From Botryllus schlosseri (lineage: Eukaryota), in the NCBI GenBank assembly GCA_051294905.1, contig CM119378.1:2668001-2732000 (forward strand): DNA of 64,000 nucleotides. The letters run 5' to 3'. Under the pieces are notes generated by a model. It did no database searches. It worked only from the letters and a program-made list of their open reading frames with translations, and was not told the origin of the DNA. This document shows positions 26,681 to 39,890 of the stretch, piece after piece; the stretch's first letter is position 1, and each line of letters opens with the position of its first letter. Made by a program: the position numbers and the translations under genes.

Positions 26681-29600
26681 CTGTACAGTTGTACACACCT
26701 CAGTAGCCTTGTCATTTCCAAACCTTCTGCCTACTTTACTACTTTACTTCATCCCTGAGCCACACTCACTCACACACACACGCAGGACCGTCATTGTCGC
26801 ACCCCTAACCCCCTGAATTGGGGAGGGGAGCTCGAAGGAGGCCCAACTTTATTCCGTGAATTAACAAAAATTACAGAGTATTGCGATCGCGATTTAGTGT
26901 TGCCAAATATCTTGTTTATTGGGTGCGCTTCCCCCAAGAAAAAAAACACGCATGATTAATATAAATGGGCATTTCGGCCTCGGCCATTACCGTGCCACGA
27001 CGCACCAAGACATATGAAGTTTTATGCCCTGTAACATGCGACTCCGAGATGTGTGCCAGCATGATCGGCAGCGCGAAAACCTTGGCCAAAAATGACTGCC
27101 TTTATGCTAACTGAATCCTTGAATATATATACATAAATCTCTGATTGTCCATAGGCGACTAGGCGCCTGTGGTGGCAATCTGAACCCCAGAAGACATATG
27201 CCATCCCACAGGGAAAAATTATTTGCCAATTAATAAATATCAATTTGAAATCGTGTGAGTCTTTTAGTTTTTAGTACATTTGGGTGACTTCAATAACTTT
27301 TAAAATAGCAGACAGGATGTCACGAAATAGCATCATGTAACGAAGTCATTATACCGAAGGGTCCGTGTGAAGATGTTCATTATTGTTCAATTATTATTTA
27401 CGGGACCTAGATTTTCCAAGACACCTCACTCAGCTCTACCGGTAAATCTGATTACGTGATAATGGAGAGGATGAAAAATTGATGACAATATGTATGCAAT
27501 GCCCAAATCATATTGACTGATTCAAAAATGAATCATACAAAATTTTCGCGCCTCGCGCGTTTCGGCGATACAAGCTGACTCGCTAAACAGAGTAGGGCCT
27601 ACAACCTAATTCACTAATAAGTAGCGGCAAAAACGTCAGGCCGGATGGAGGGCTTCGCCCCCAGAAGTAAGGTTTATCATCGTATGGGGCGACCCAACAC
27701 CTACGTTTGGGGGGCTGACGAAGTGCTGTTTCGGTCCTGCTCTCACACAACCTTCCCCAGTCACGCTCCCGCGCATTAATATTACATTCCTCACCCCCTA
27801 TCTTTTTGGAAATGTATTTTCTGCAGACTTGTATATCAAATCGAAGTCGAGTATTTTCTAGACACGACAATGTATGTTTGGAAATGCAGCTGCATCATTA
27901 GCTTGGAACTGAAAAAGCCTACCAAATTTATACATATTTTATGATGTTATTTTCAAACAACGGTCATTTTGATACTGCTCAATATTAGCCTACAGTTTTT
28001 TGCATAAGATAGATGACGGTTGCACGACAGTTGAGCTAAATTAGAAATAAAATTACAGGGAGTCCGCGTTGGTCTGTGACGGTCCAATAGGGGTCCGCGA
28101 AGACAGAATGGTTGAGAACCACTGAACCAAGGGTCTCAACCTCGTGTTGTTTTGAATTGATAAGATAATAATTGAATATACGCACGAACATTGACATACT
28201 GCATGACACATGCTTGATTAGCATAGATCACGTTACAATGCCATTTTGAAACAGAACACGAAGGCTGATGAAGTTGCCGAAGAGTCCGGCAGATGGAGCG
28301 GGCAACTCAGAAGATTATGCGACTGTGATTAATACCACCACTACGGACAACGTTAAAGAAACTCGTTTCAATGACCTCTATCATATATAATACGGCAAAT
28401 CCCACAGTGCATCGGTGTAAAACAAGCCAATCGTAGCAATCGACAGCAACGTTTAATCTTGAAAGCATCATCTGGAATCCAAGTGTAAGAAATTTGCGAG
28501 TAGCGAGGACGCAAATCCAAGAGGACCTTTTTCAACAGTGGCGTGATGACTCCGCTTTACTGAGACTACAAGAATATGACGTTGCGATACCCAAAAGCAG
28601 AGGCGCTGCTACCAAGAGCAAAACCCCACCTGTGGCTCGAGATGAAATGTCCTAAATATTTCCATCCTTTCGTTATCGCAAACTTTGGAGACCAGATAAC
28701 ACTTATTTAAAAAATGACCTATTGACGATTTGCAAAGAACACTGTCAATGCATGAGCTTATACCTTATATGGTAGGGCTTTCCTCAATTGCAATTTTAAA
28801 TGATTGACTATATAATCGTAAATATGTATAGGGCTTCGACTGTGGAAAGAAATGCGATCCATTGTCCATTGTATTACGTTTGCTCAGCTTGAAGATGGCT
28901 GGGTTGAAGATTCTTTTGGAAGCACATCGATTTGAACGCGACTTTTATTTGAAATGGGTGACAATATAGAATAAATATTCCCCACCACTGGTCTGCGAAG
29001 CGGATTCTGTCATAATTAGGCTTTTTCAATTTAATAATTGCGATAAGCTCGTGGAATATTTCCATAGCTGTCTTGTACCATGGATTCTCCGCTTGTTTAA
29101 AGAGGCATAAAAGATTGGGTTTAATGATGATTTCTGCAGTCACGCCTGTGTGATGGGAGATGTATAACATAGAGCAGGTGAAATTTACTTCCTACTACAA
29201 CAGTGGTTCTCAACCTTTTTGTCTTCGCGGACCCCTTTCGGGCCGTCACGGACCCCGCGGACCCCCACGAAGCTTTAGTTCAAATTTAGCTGAATTATCT
29301 TGTAATCGTCATATGTCTGGTGCAAATGACAACTGTAAGCTTATTGCTAAATAGCAAAAAATAGCACTCTTGAAAATAAGATATTATATACTATTTCATG
29401 TAGAAATTGGGGAGACTTCTATTATTTTAAGGCGAATTCTGCAACTGGATTTCCTGAAATACGTGGTCGTGTCTTGAAAATCCTCGCCTTCGATTTGATA
29501 TGAACGAGTGCCGAAACTCCATTTCCACAAATATAGGTGGTGGCGAATGAAATAATAACGCGTAACGTTTCCGACGACACATTCGGGCATGATCGCAACA

Positions 29601-30360
29601 AATATGGCACCATAATTGACAAAAATATTTAATGAACATATAACGTCAAGCCCGGTCATTCTATCTAGCAGCTTATCGTGAAGTTATTATGGAAAAATGG
29701 TTGAGTATATCACAGGAGAAAATGGATTTTTGTAAACATTTCGAAGTCACCGTGGTTGGCCTTACTCATCCAACTTTTTTCCGCGATCCCTAACAAAACA
29801 TCTCTAAATTTCAAAAGGTTTGTTTCCATAGGCTATGGGCAATTCAGCAATTAAAATGAGTCTGCACAGTAGCATATTTCATCTCAGATGGTCATTCTAT
29901 TGATGTGAGCTTTGGAGTTTTACTGACACTCATTGAAGTTCTGTACCTCCAACAAGCTCTTCAAAACGAAGAAGTAGTTCATCACGACACGCGTGAAACT
30001 TGTCATCAGGACAATACATGAGTTAAATCACGCATATGCGCATGCGGTATACCTGAACTATTTTCAACGAGTTCCGCGTATACAGCGAAATTTGACATCG
30101 TTCGATTTCTCGAGTGATTGTTCACAGCAGTCAAGTCACGAAGGTAAATTCCAAATTCAAAACGGATAAGCTACAAAAAACTTGTGTAGTTCGATGCAAA
30201 AGCGTTATCAAGTCTACACAATTGCATATAGCCTACTATCTAGAATCAAAAGAAATACAATGAAGACACTTCCGCGGGCAATGTTAATCGGTAATATGAA
30301 ATATACCTACTTTTTTAAACTGAACGCAAAACTAAGCCAGATAGGGCGAGGCGTGATGCC
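26681..30360 (+). repeat. Segmental duplication of 55512-59780 plus 63660-64000 (last intron, terminal exon and 3' flank of the receptor gene)
   Basis: Colinear similarity, including shared old TE fragments. Copies differ by later insertions. Confidence 0.85.
28255..28390 (+). pseudogene. Receptor paralog B: terminal exon (R)TRRLMKLPKSPADGAGNSEDYATVINTTTTDNVKETRFNDLYHI*
   Basis: Same acceptor, length (44 full codons + TAA) and frame as 8261-8396. No upstream exons found nearby. Confidence 0.75.
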
Positions 30361-31829
30361 AAAACACGTTTATACAATGAAGCGTGGCCGGCCTTCGTAG
30401 AAAAACGATACTATAATTATAATTTGCATGGTAATCTCCTAGGTCACACAAATGTAAAACTCCATTAAAAAGAGATAATTTCGATGTTGAATACGCATAA
30501 AATTAAACAAAAGGTGCATGATTTTGTGTGTACTCCACAGTGTGCATAAACGATTAGTTTGCAAACAGTGGTGGCCGGAGTCGGCTCTACCAAGTATAGA
30601 GATTAGTGGTTCTTTACGGCCGGCGGGGTTCGCTGAGATAGTTTCAGAGACACTCACTACCCATACAGCAGAAATCACACTGATTTTAAGTAAATATTCA
30701 TTATACTCCTTTTGATTTATTGGAAAATCATTTTGTTCTTTAAAAACTGTTGTTGATGTACATTGTAGGCCTACAATAAATGCACAGTTTATTTTGGGCA
30801 ATAGTATTTTATAGTGACTTATTACATGTGTAATAGGGTATAATGTGCTTTTGTGACAAGACAAGAATTAAGGTTTACCGGCGGCTTGCATATCAGCGTA
30901 AGGGTTTGCCAAGTAAGTGAAGGTTAACAACCATTAACATAGATATAATGATTATGCTCTGTAGGCTACTTGGGCGGGAATTCGTATGTTCTTAGAATTT
31001 TCCGAATAGCAGGGTAGATGAACTATTTCCAGTTCCTATTACCGCATCGTCCGTGGAATTCTGGCTGACTTTTAACTATATCTGTTGTTGATTGGAACGG
31101 ACCGATATGATATAGCAACACAGCGAACTCCTAACCGTTCAGACTTTAAAGCGGTATATTATTTCTCGTTATATTCCATAGGTCAATTTTTGTGCTTTTA
31201 ATTACGATGAAAAACGTGCCGACGCAGCCGGTCAATCTCGCGACTATTACCGCGTGAAGACTTCTTTCAAGGAAACAGTGTAGACCAGGGGTGACAAACA
31301 TACGGCCCGTGGGCCGAATCTGGCCCGCGAAGCAATTCTATTAAGTATATTGAAACATTCTTATATTTTCCAGCACATTTGTAACAAATGTTGAGATATT
31401 TTGCAGGAAATACTTCCATGTTCAAGCACCATTATTACCACCTTACTACGGCGTTGTGGTTTCACTCTGGTTACCACTAGTGACAAGTCGATAAAATCGG
31501 CATCAGAAAGTGCCCATACTGAACCGTTATATACAGTTTACATGGAAAACATATTAGCCGCACAAATATATAATTGAAATATCTATGGTCGCACTGCTGT
31601 GTCACTTTCGACCCAAAAGGTTCCCAGACATGTGAGAAACCAGACTCGCGGTTTAATAATTAACCAAATTCCAACGTCCGTGCTTCCAATCAAATATATT
31701 GCATTCCTGACAACGCATATGCGGGGCTAACGCCAGATTACGACATAATCTATCAAAGGTAGCATAGAATATGACAACTAATATCGTATGTAACGTCACC
31801 GTTTTAGCGGTTCTAAACTGTATTCAAAC

Positions 31830-32050
31830 CAGGACTGGGGAGTCGGAGTCGGTGTCGGTGGAGTCGGAGTCGGAGTTAGGCTAATTTTCGCTTGATCGAG
31901 TCGGAGTCGTGAAAGCTATAGTGGCTGGAGTCGGAGTCGTGGAAAATACTGTCTGGATTCGGAGTCCGAGTTTGTGAAAATGACCCTGACTCTGACTCCG
32001 AACAAATTCTTTATTATGAAAACAATTGCTTTCAAAGGATTCTCAATAGG
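31830..32050 (+). mobile_element. Left end of a (ggagtc)n hAT MITE. A right end of the family lies at about 39300-39856
   Basis: caggactggggagtcggagtc... and ...cgactccacagccctg. Confidence 0.7.
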
Positions 32051-32094
32051 ATTTTTATGTACCGCCAATCACTGTTATTAGTAACGATACAGAT

Positions 32095-32930
32095 CGGGGG
32101 CGGTCAACCCGTAGCCCGCGAGAAGGTTTTGTGTGGCCTGCGAGGTAATTCCCGAAATTAGTTATAACACCAGGTAAAATTGCAAGCCCAACCAAAATTT
32201 GATTAGCCTGACTGCGAAATTTGTTTATGACTAAAACACAACGCATTGGCGTAACCAGGAGCCAGCCATATTTATCGTAAATATTCGTATATGACCATAA
32301 AGAAAAATATTTCGTAGCAGATTTATTTGAGTGGTAATTTTTCTTAGCACTTCGCATGATTTATTGTCACTCAATTTCCTGCATTTAGCATTGGAGGCCT
32401 CTCCTGAAAATTATAAATACGCGTAATTTACAGAATTTATTCGAACTATATTCGCAATTAGGAGATAACGTGTCGTCCAACATGCGACTTCGCTTGTGCC
32501 CTCGCAGTGAGATCGTCGAGGATGAAAGATTTGCACAAAATGATAGAGGCATGTTCACCGAAACCGTCGCTATTACTATGTGTAAACGCCGGATAATCCT
32601 GTCCTTGCCAAATGAGCCCAATTGTATACAGAAGGGACCCCCAATATATGTAAGTAACATATTGATTGATAGAAATCATTCATACCTTTGAAAAAATTTA
32701 GCGCTTCACGCGACCAAGGCATGCCTGCACACTGCACAGTTGCACACGGGATTTTTGTGACATAATTGTTATCAATTTAAAAGCGTAGTAATATAATTCT
32801 TGTTTTCCATGTTACCTAATTCGGTTCGCTGCTATCGGACGACTACAAAAGGCTATCAACATTCCAGTTTCCCACGCAATTGTTCGTAAATCTCATGTGG
32901 TCTTTTGGCCGAAAAGGTTGGCCATCCCTG
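32095..32930. mobile_element. hAT MITE, older relative of 44198-44912
   Basis: Colinear similarity and right TIR ggttggccatccctg. Confidence 0.75.
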
Positions 32931-33605
32931 ATATCGAAAAAAATGGAAATTATTTGCAAATTACAATTCAGTTGCGTAAAGGAATAAAATCACAATATGC
33001 ATCTTCGCGATGCAGTCACAAAATGAAGGAATTTTTGGAATTATATCGTGATACTATGACAAAGTAAATACATCGTCGGATTTTGTAAAATTATGAAATT
33101 AATGTAAATATAACCAAACGCTGCTCCCCAACTTGACAAAATTGAAAATATTTGTAGTGTAGCTTAGCTGCTTGGGTCGGACAAATGATTAAGAAAGACT
33201 GCAAGTCCTAATTCTTGAATACTTGACTAAGTGCATATAGAATAGAGATATGCTATTTGATTACTTCCCAAATTTCGTATATGACCAATGTCTATTAGTA
33301 GTGAGTGTGTGTGTGTGCTTGTAATCAGTATAATGCAACGCGGTACCCACGAGCACTAGGTAGTCCGCGAGGACCTGATGAGTAGCTCGCGAGCCTGTTC
33401 TAAAAATAGATAGAATAGCAACATTTACCAATATTCGTCAGATTATTACCAGTGAGCTTTTTAGTATATAGATTGATTGATTTGCCTGTTCTTGTTTAAA
33501 TCACACTAATATGTAAACTTACAAATGACAATACATATTTATAAACACTTAAAATGATGATATCAAATACCCTCAATTACAATTAGTAATATACCAACAT
33601 GGAAT

Positions 33606-34941
33606 CAGAGGTGGTCAAAGTAGTCAAGAAAGCTACTCAAGTAGAAGTAGAAGTAGCGACGAAAAAAATCTACCCAAGTACGAGTAGAAGTACTTCTTTC
33701 ATAAGCAATCTAAAACTACTTGAAGTAGAAGTAGAATTTACTGACTTTAAAAGTACTCAAGTAAGTAAGTAGTTGTGAAAACGATCCTAATTCGTTCACA
33801 TGGATTGTAAAAAGGTACAAATTGAGCTATGCGAAAGGTGACGAGCTTCATTCATATTGATGCATACCAGCAGGTGTCCAATTTTCGATAGCATAAGCAG
33901 TCGTCCACATCATAGGATGAAAATGATAGTATTATTATGGAAATGCGATACTTATCCTCTGTTTTCTCGAACAGCTCGTTTTAGAAAATAGCATGGTATG
34001 GCGCCATCCCCCATATTATAAGGTCCGTAGTTTAGTCGAAGAGCAATACGAAGAAGTCGTATAGGATACGGTGTAAACACTTTGCGCGATTAGTATACGT
34101 GAATAAAAATATGGGGGATCGTAAAAATGCCATATTGTGCAGCTTTATTTCCGGAAATTAAAGGCATTACTACACTTGCTTTTATACTTCAACATGTATT
34201 TTATCCAGACAAAAGAACTGATATTAATTATAACTCAAAGTATATGATACTGGGAATTGAAATTAAATATAAAATATAAATACTACTTCTAAAAGCGGAA
34301 TACGTTTTTCATGCCTTCAGTCCAGAAAATTTCAAAGGCGGTATGCTAAAACAGCTCTAAAACTAACGAAAAAGTCAGAGTCCACTTTTCCAGGCTAGGA
34401 CGTGTCATGGACATGCTAGATTACGATATGACAAGTAGCCTAAATGATAGATTGCGAAACATCAGTTTCAAACGATATGTTGAGCCATATATACTGTGAT
34501 GAATTGTTTCATATGGGCGAAGGGCGACAATGTGGTGTAAACGCAGGGATATCTAGTTCTAGATATCCCTGTGTGAACGGAATCACGCCAACCCGCTACC
34601 TAAATTATATTCATCGATACTTTCGCGAAATCATACTCGTAACTCCGTATCCACTGCGCGCGACGAAAATTCTGGACTTTACTCAACTTTTATGAAAATA
34701 AATGTTGATGCTCCGTGAAAACAGCCTCGAAATTCTTCAGGCTATCTTCCTGATTCGAAGATTGAACTACTTCTACTTGACAAACTGAAAATAGCGAAAA
34801 GTAAGTAAGTAGATCACAAAATATTACGAAGTAGAAGTAGAAGTAGTGAAATTCAGATCTACTTGAGTAAGTACCAAAAGTAGAGGAAAACTACTTGAGT
34901 ACTTCGAAAAAGTAGAAGTACTTCGTTACTGACCACCTCTG
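33606..34941. mobile_element. Non-autonomous hAT with (agtaga)n subterminal arrays
   Basis: TIR cagaggtggtca / tgaccacctctg, TSD catggaat/catgtaat. Confidence 0.9.
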
Positions 34942-35978
34942 CATGTAATAGAATCACAAGATATCGAAGATGTAGGATACGGCACAATGGCTTGGCTATA
35001 CAGGCGACATGACGGAATGCCATCGACGGTCTTCTTGAATGGCGGGGTGCTCCATTCAGGGAGGCTACTGGGATATTTCGTAAAAACCCAGATGAGGAGG
35101 CCAAATAAACCCATAAAAACCCAGATCCTACATTTCACTCAAATTTACATAAAATAGCTGGGAAACTGGGACCTGACGGTTATCCTACTGTCATACAATC
35201 ATAGGAGCCTTTGATATAGAGTTTTCGACAATTCATACTACACTTTGCTCGGTTAACACTGAAAATCCCACGAAAATATGTTGTTTTACTCTCGACTGGT
35301 GCACGGCTTAATTATATCATTGCGCTCAGAAAGTTGGTAAGAATGCCATCCATTCCCTATTTCTCAAGGTGATTTCGTATATTTTCAGTGACCTGACCAG
35401 ATTGAAAGTGGCTTTCAATTGATTAATCCCGGGACAATCAATTTTATCTTGGATAATGACAAAGACCCATGTTAAGTCGAAGAAATAACTGTCATAACTG
35501 CGAAATCATGAAATTCAGGGCGTATTCGAATGTGCTGATGATCAACTGAATAGCTTGCTGGCCGCTGGGGGTGTCCCTGTGTGATGTCAATTAAATAGAA
35601 TCAGATAACAATCATCGCCTGGTCTACCCATCCGCATGTGCATACTATATAGTTACATGTTATTTATTGGTACACGACGATTTTTTTGGTGTGATACTAA
35701 GATTCAAGTCCTAAATCGTTCTAAATTGGAATACAACGTTTCCAATGAGTTGCCCAATGAACATGACTTTCTTCGACCTGGAAGTTATTATACAATGAAG
35801 GCCCGACATCACACCGAGGCCTCTCATTTTAGTACCAGAGTTCAGCGCACTAGTTGATAGCATACAATGGCAGGCTTCCCACTGACTGATATAGAAACAT
35901 ATATACCATGATGTCTAACTTAAAGTGGGACATGATATATTTTAAAATTTGAGTTGACTGTTTTTGTATAATTTATAC

Positions 35979-38900
35979 CAGTGCTTTTCAGCCTGTGTGA
36001 CGGTTCGCATTAGTGCGAATGAAAAAAATTGCAGTGCGAATGACGAAGGTGGTGCGAATAGTGCGAATGAAATTCCGGATCAAGTGCGAATGACGAAGGT
36101 AGTGCGAATGGTACGAATGAAAATCCGGATCAAGTGCTAATGAAAATTTTGATTAATTGTTAACTTTTCTCTCGCGAAATAATTCAAATAAACCTAATAG
36201 GAAATTTAAGATCAGTGTAACTTTTGTGGTTGCGACGCAATTGTAAAAACTTAATACGACGCACCACTAATCGTACCTCTCACATGCCGTAGTGAATTAT
36301 TATTCCCGCAGTCTAATTATTACGTAACGAAAAAACTGGTTTGGAAGCTGGTGTATAGTGGCAGTACAGATATGTCTACAATCTCTATAGTGGCAGACAT
36401 ACAGTATATCAGCTCGTCCGAGCCTACGACCGGCTAGAAAAATGACGCCAAATTGACTTTCTGCTTTCTATCGCTAAACAATCATCATATTTTCGTAATA
36501 ACGGTTCGATTTGCGCGAGGCACGAGGATAGTAGTAAATACCATCATTACAGACTCTCATCTGCGAGTTACTGTAACGCAAATTTTTACCCCTTCAAGGG
36601 TTATTTAAGTATGGACCGCAAAGTGTATAATTTTGGGTCGACACGGTGCCAGAGCTATCTGTTAATATGTAAGTAATATTTATTGAATTTATCGCAAAAA
36701 ATCCTGCGATAGTTTTTACATATCCAAGATCACTGTGTTGGGTACTGTAGCCAATAAGCGAGCCACGCATGAAATATGGCTTTATCATGGGAATTCATGA
36801 TAAGATTTGTCCGACTGTTTTTTCTGGAAAACATGGCCGAAGACCGTTGGGATGAACGAGTTACTGTAGGGGTGTGCAACGAACGAGTTTAGGCCTATGT
36901 GACTCATTCATTTCGAGGCCAACCCCTTCTGCGTCGGGGCACATGAAGACGTAAAGTTTTGGCGAACAAACCGCTGATAAAATGCGGTGCCAAAAACATA
37001 AGCGGCGACAAAACCTCGTTCTAAAAATGACCGATGCTGGATGGTCAATTTTTTCGAGATGGTTTGGATATGCTCCGTTGTCGGCACGGAATAGTCCCGT
37101 TCTTGCAATCTGAGTAGACAGTGGATTGAATTCGCCCTAATTTAAAATTTAAATTAAATTTAAAATTTAAAAATGTTTTGTAGAGCTGTGTTGGGTAGAA
37201 TTGTGGTGTGCGCGTTCCGTATTTCATACATGCCCGTAAAATCGTAGCATACAACTGTAATATTAAAAATCAATTCATTTTCATGGGTGAGGCTCGGGTC
37301 GCGAGATGCCACAAAAACTCAGATTTTGGTGGTAGTTTAGAAGCTTCTTTACCGTTATTAAACTGTCATGTTAGATTGAGCTAAAGAGTAGAACACAGAG
37401 TATCGTGAGTTATTTGCTCTTTTCATAAACTTGCGAGACAGAAGTTGGAGCAACGTATCATGAGGTAGCGAGCTCTAATGTGCCTACTCTCCTTGATCGT
37501 TTTGCACCTTATGTTCCAAAGAAATAAAGAAGAAGTCTCAACACAAACATGTGGGTTTTTCATCCTTTCGACAAACTGGAGCCTCGTGGGACCTTTGTGT
37601 CAGCTCTCAAATACCATTTCTGCCAGCAAGCATTTTTCACTCGCGAAAAATACGCTGTATTTTGGATAGGAATGCAGAACAGATTTTAAGACCTGGTCAT
37701 CCAAGCACTAGTAGCAGTGTTGGGATCAAGTCACTACCTTCGAGTCACGAGTCATTTCGAGTCATTGCACATTTTGATTCGAGTCAAGTCAAGTCAATCG
37801 AATTTCGAAGGTGACTCGAGTCAAGTCAAGTCACTCGATTTTCGGAGGTGACTCGAGTCAAGTCGAGTCAAGTCAAGTCAAGTCACGAGTCAAGTCACAA
37901 TTCAAGTCAAGTTGCGTTTTCGAAGTATGAGGCATGATTAGGCCTACGTCATTGCATTTTGCTAGCTGTCTTAAATACAGATTGAGTGGTCATTGATTTT
38001 GAACCGATGATCGAATATACAGTTAAATATACACGCAAGAAAGCGCTGTATCGCTCACATATACGTATAACTACTAAACTACGTAAAAATTGCATAGCTC
38101 CAGTATATAGTTACCAGCGAAAATGGGTAATAAAGAAACGAATTGTTAATATGCAATACATTACCCATTTACAAATTGATATGATACAATCCAAGCCTGC
38201 GCTAATGGCTAAGAACTATATGAATTAGCTTTCAATTTAATTTCATTAAAACAAGAGTTTTGATTAAGGTAAGAACAGAGAACAGAAATAAACATTTGGC
38301 TATTAAATTACTTTACTATTCAAGTTTACTATACAAGTTTACGACAACGTAAGCTGTAAGCGTCGATCACTTCGTTTGCGGTTAGTTTATTTGTGAGAGA
38401 ACAATGGAGGCTCAGTAAAACGCACGATCATTTAATGATTGGTCGCTCTCACGGGTTGCACCAGCGTTTCGTGAACAATTCGACCATATGCAAGATTCAG
38501 TGATTTTTATCGGCACCGATTTCTTGATGACTTGAAATTGACTCGTGAAATTTGCTCCGAGTCACGAGTCAATCCACATTTCTGATACGCCGAGTCAAGT
38601 CAAGTCAAGTCATTTTAGCAAAGTGACTCGAGTCAAGTCAAGTCATACGTAAAAGGTGACTCGAGTCTGACTCGAGTCAAGTCATGACTCGAGTCATCCC
38701 AACACTGACTAGTAGATGTTTTTGTACAAATTCCCAGCAACGTTGTTTGGCCGAGAAGGGTTTTAGTGACATAATTGAATGAAAAACGAGCGAAAAAAGT
38801 TGCCTTTTTAATGAGACACTTGATAGCTTAAGCTATATAGCAGCCAATTTTTTGCACACCTGAACAAAATGTTGTTAAGTAAAGGCCTATCTTCATCTTC

Positions 38901-38992
38901 TTTTTGTAAATCAATTTTCGATTAGTTTGTGCGAATGAAATTTATTTTACAAAAAAAGTGCGAACGGAGCTCAAAAAGGTTGAAAAGCACTG
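35979..38992. mobile_element. Non-autonomous hAT with gtgcgaatg subterminal repeats
   Basis: TIR cagtgcttttca / tgaaaagcactg and 8-bp TSD atttatac. Confidence 0.9.
37715..38707. mobile_element. (gagtcaagtc)n hAT MITE, full length and nested. Relatives at 2520-3338, 17640-18070, 50600-52125
   Basis: TIR cagtgttgggat / atcccaacactg and 8-bp TSD actagtag. Confidence 0.9.
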
Positions 38993-39863
38993 ATTTATAC
39001 AAACATGGTGCGAAGTAATTTATGATTTCCTAAAAAATCTTAGTGGATAGCTAGTTGAAATGAGATGTTTTGACTCTCTTAGAAGTCTGTCCGCAATCTG
39101 AATCTTGCCCATTGCTATGAACATCAAAGCGGAAATTCAGTCTGGTACGGGTAAACGGTGGGAGTAAATGGTAGCCCGTCGCTTCAATCAGAACCCAGAA
39201 AGTAGCTTTTGGTTGCAAAAAGGTTAGTGACCCTGGTATAGTGTGTAATGAGAAAATAAGTAGTTTCATCTCTGTATTAGTTGCTGACTCATACACAAGA
39301 GCTACACTTCGATAGTTTTATCTACATTTTAATTATACAGGATTAGATATATGTCATGTTTGAATGATTCATACATAATAGGATATTATAAAGTCCATGA
39401 AAGAGGAAGGATATTTAGAAACGCATTCTTTAATATTAATTACATATTGAATAATTGTGACACAATGAAAATTTTTTGCATGCCATTGTTAATCATATGT
39501 TTGCATATGTTTATAATTATATGATAGTCATTTAACCGTCACTGTGGCATATAATTTTCGAAGTAAATTGGTAATACTGTTGGAGTCGGGGTTGGAGTCG
39601 GAGTCGGAGTCCGAGTCGGTAGGTTTAGAGACTCAGGAGTCGGAGTCGAAGCCGAAGTTGGAGTCAGTGCGTTTAAAAACTCGGGAGTCGGAGTCGGAGT
39701 CGGAGTCGGAGATCTCTCAAGAAAATAGTCGGAGTCGGAGCCAGAGTCGGAGTTGGGACGTTTAAAGACTCAGGAGTCGGAGTCGGAGTCGGTATATTGA
39801 AAATGTGTAGAGTCGTAGTTGGAGTCGGTGGAAAATTTACCGACTCCACAGCCCTGGTAAATC

Positions 39864-39890
39864 CGATTCAATGATCTCTATCACATATAA
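39864..39890 (+). pseudogene. Receptor paralog C: last codons RFNDLYHI*, followed by the homologous 3' region to ~40160
   Basis: cgattcaatgatctctatcacatataa. Truncated upstream by a MITE end. Confidence 0.65.

Noticed and set aside
28264..28290. ctgatga...gccgaag as a hammerhead (also at 57095)
   Set aside because: GAAG rather than GAAA, no helices, and it lies in coding sequence (LMKLPK)
37780..37915. (gagtcaagtc)n, (gattac)n, (ggagtc)n and (agtaga)n arrays as CRISPR or telomere-like repeats
   Set aside because: No unique spacers. They are subterminal repeats of hAT elements, most bounded by TIRs and 8-bp TSDs
31830..39856. One giant (ggagtc)n element spanning both ends
   Set aside because: Flanks attcaaac and gtaaatcc do not form a TSD
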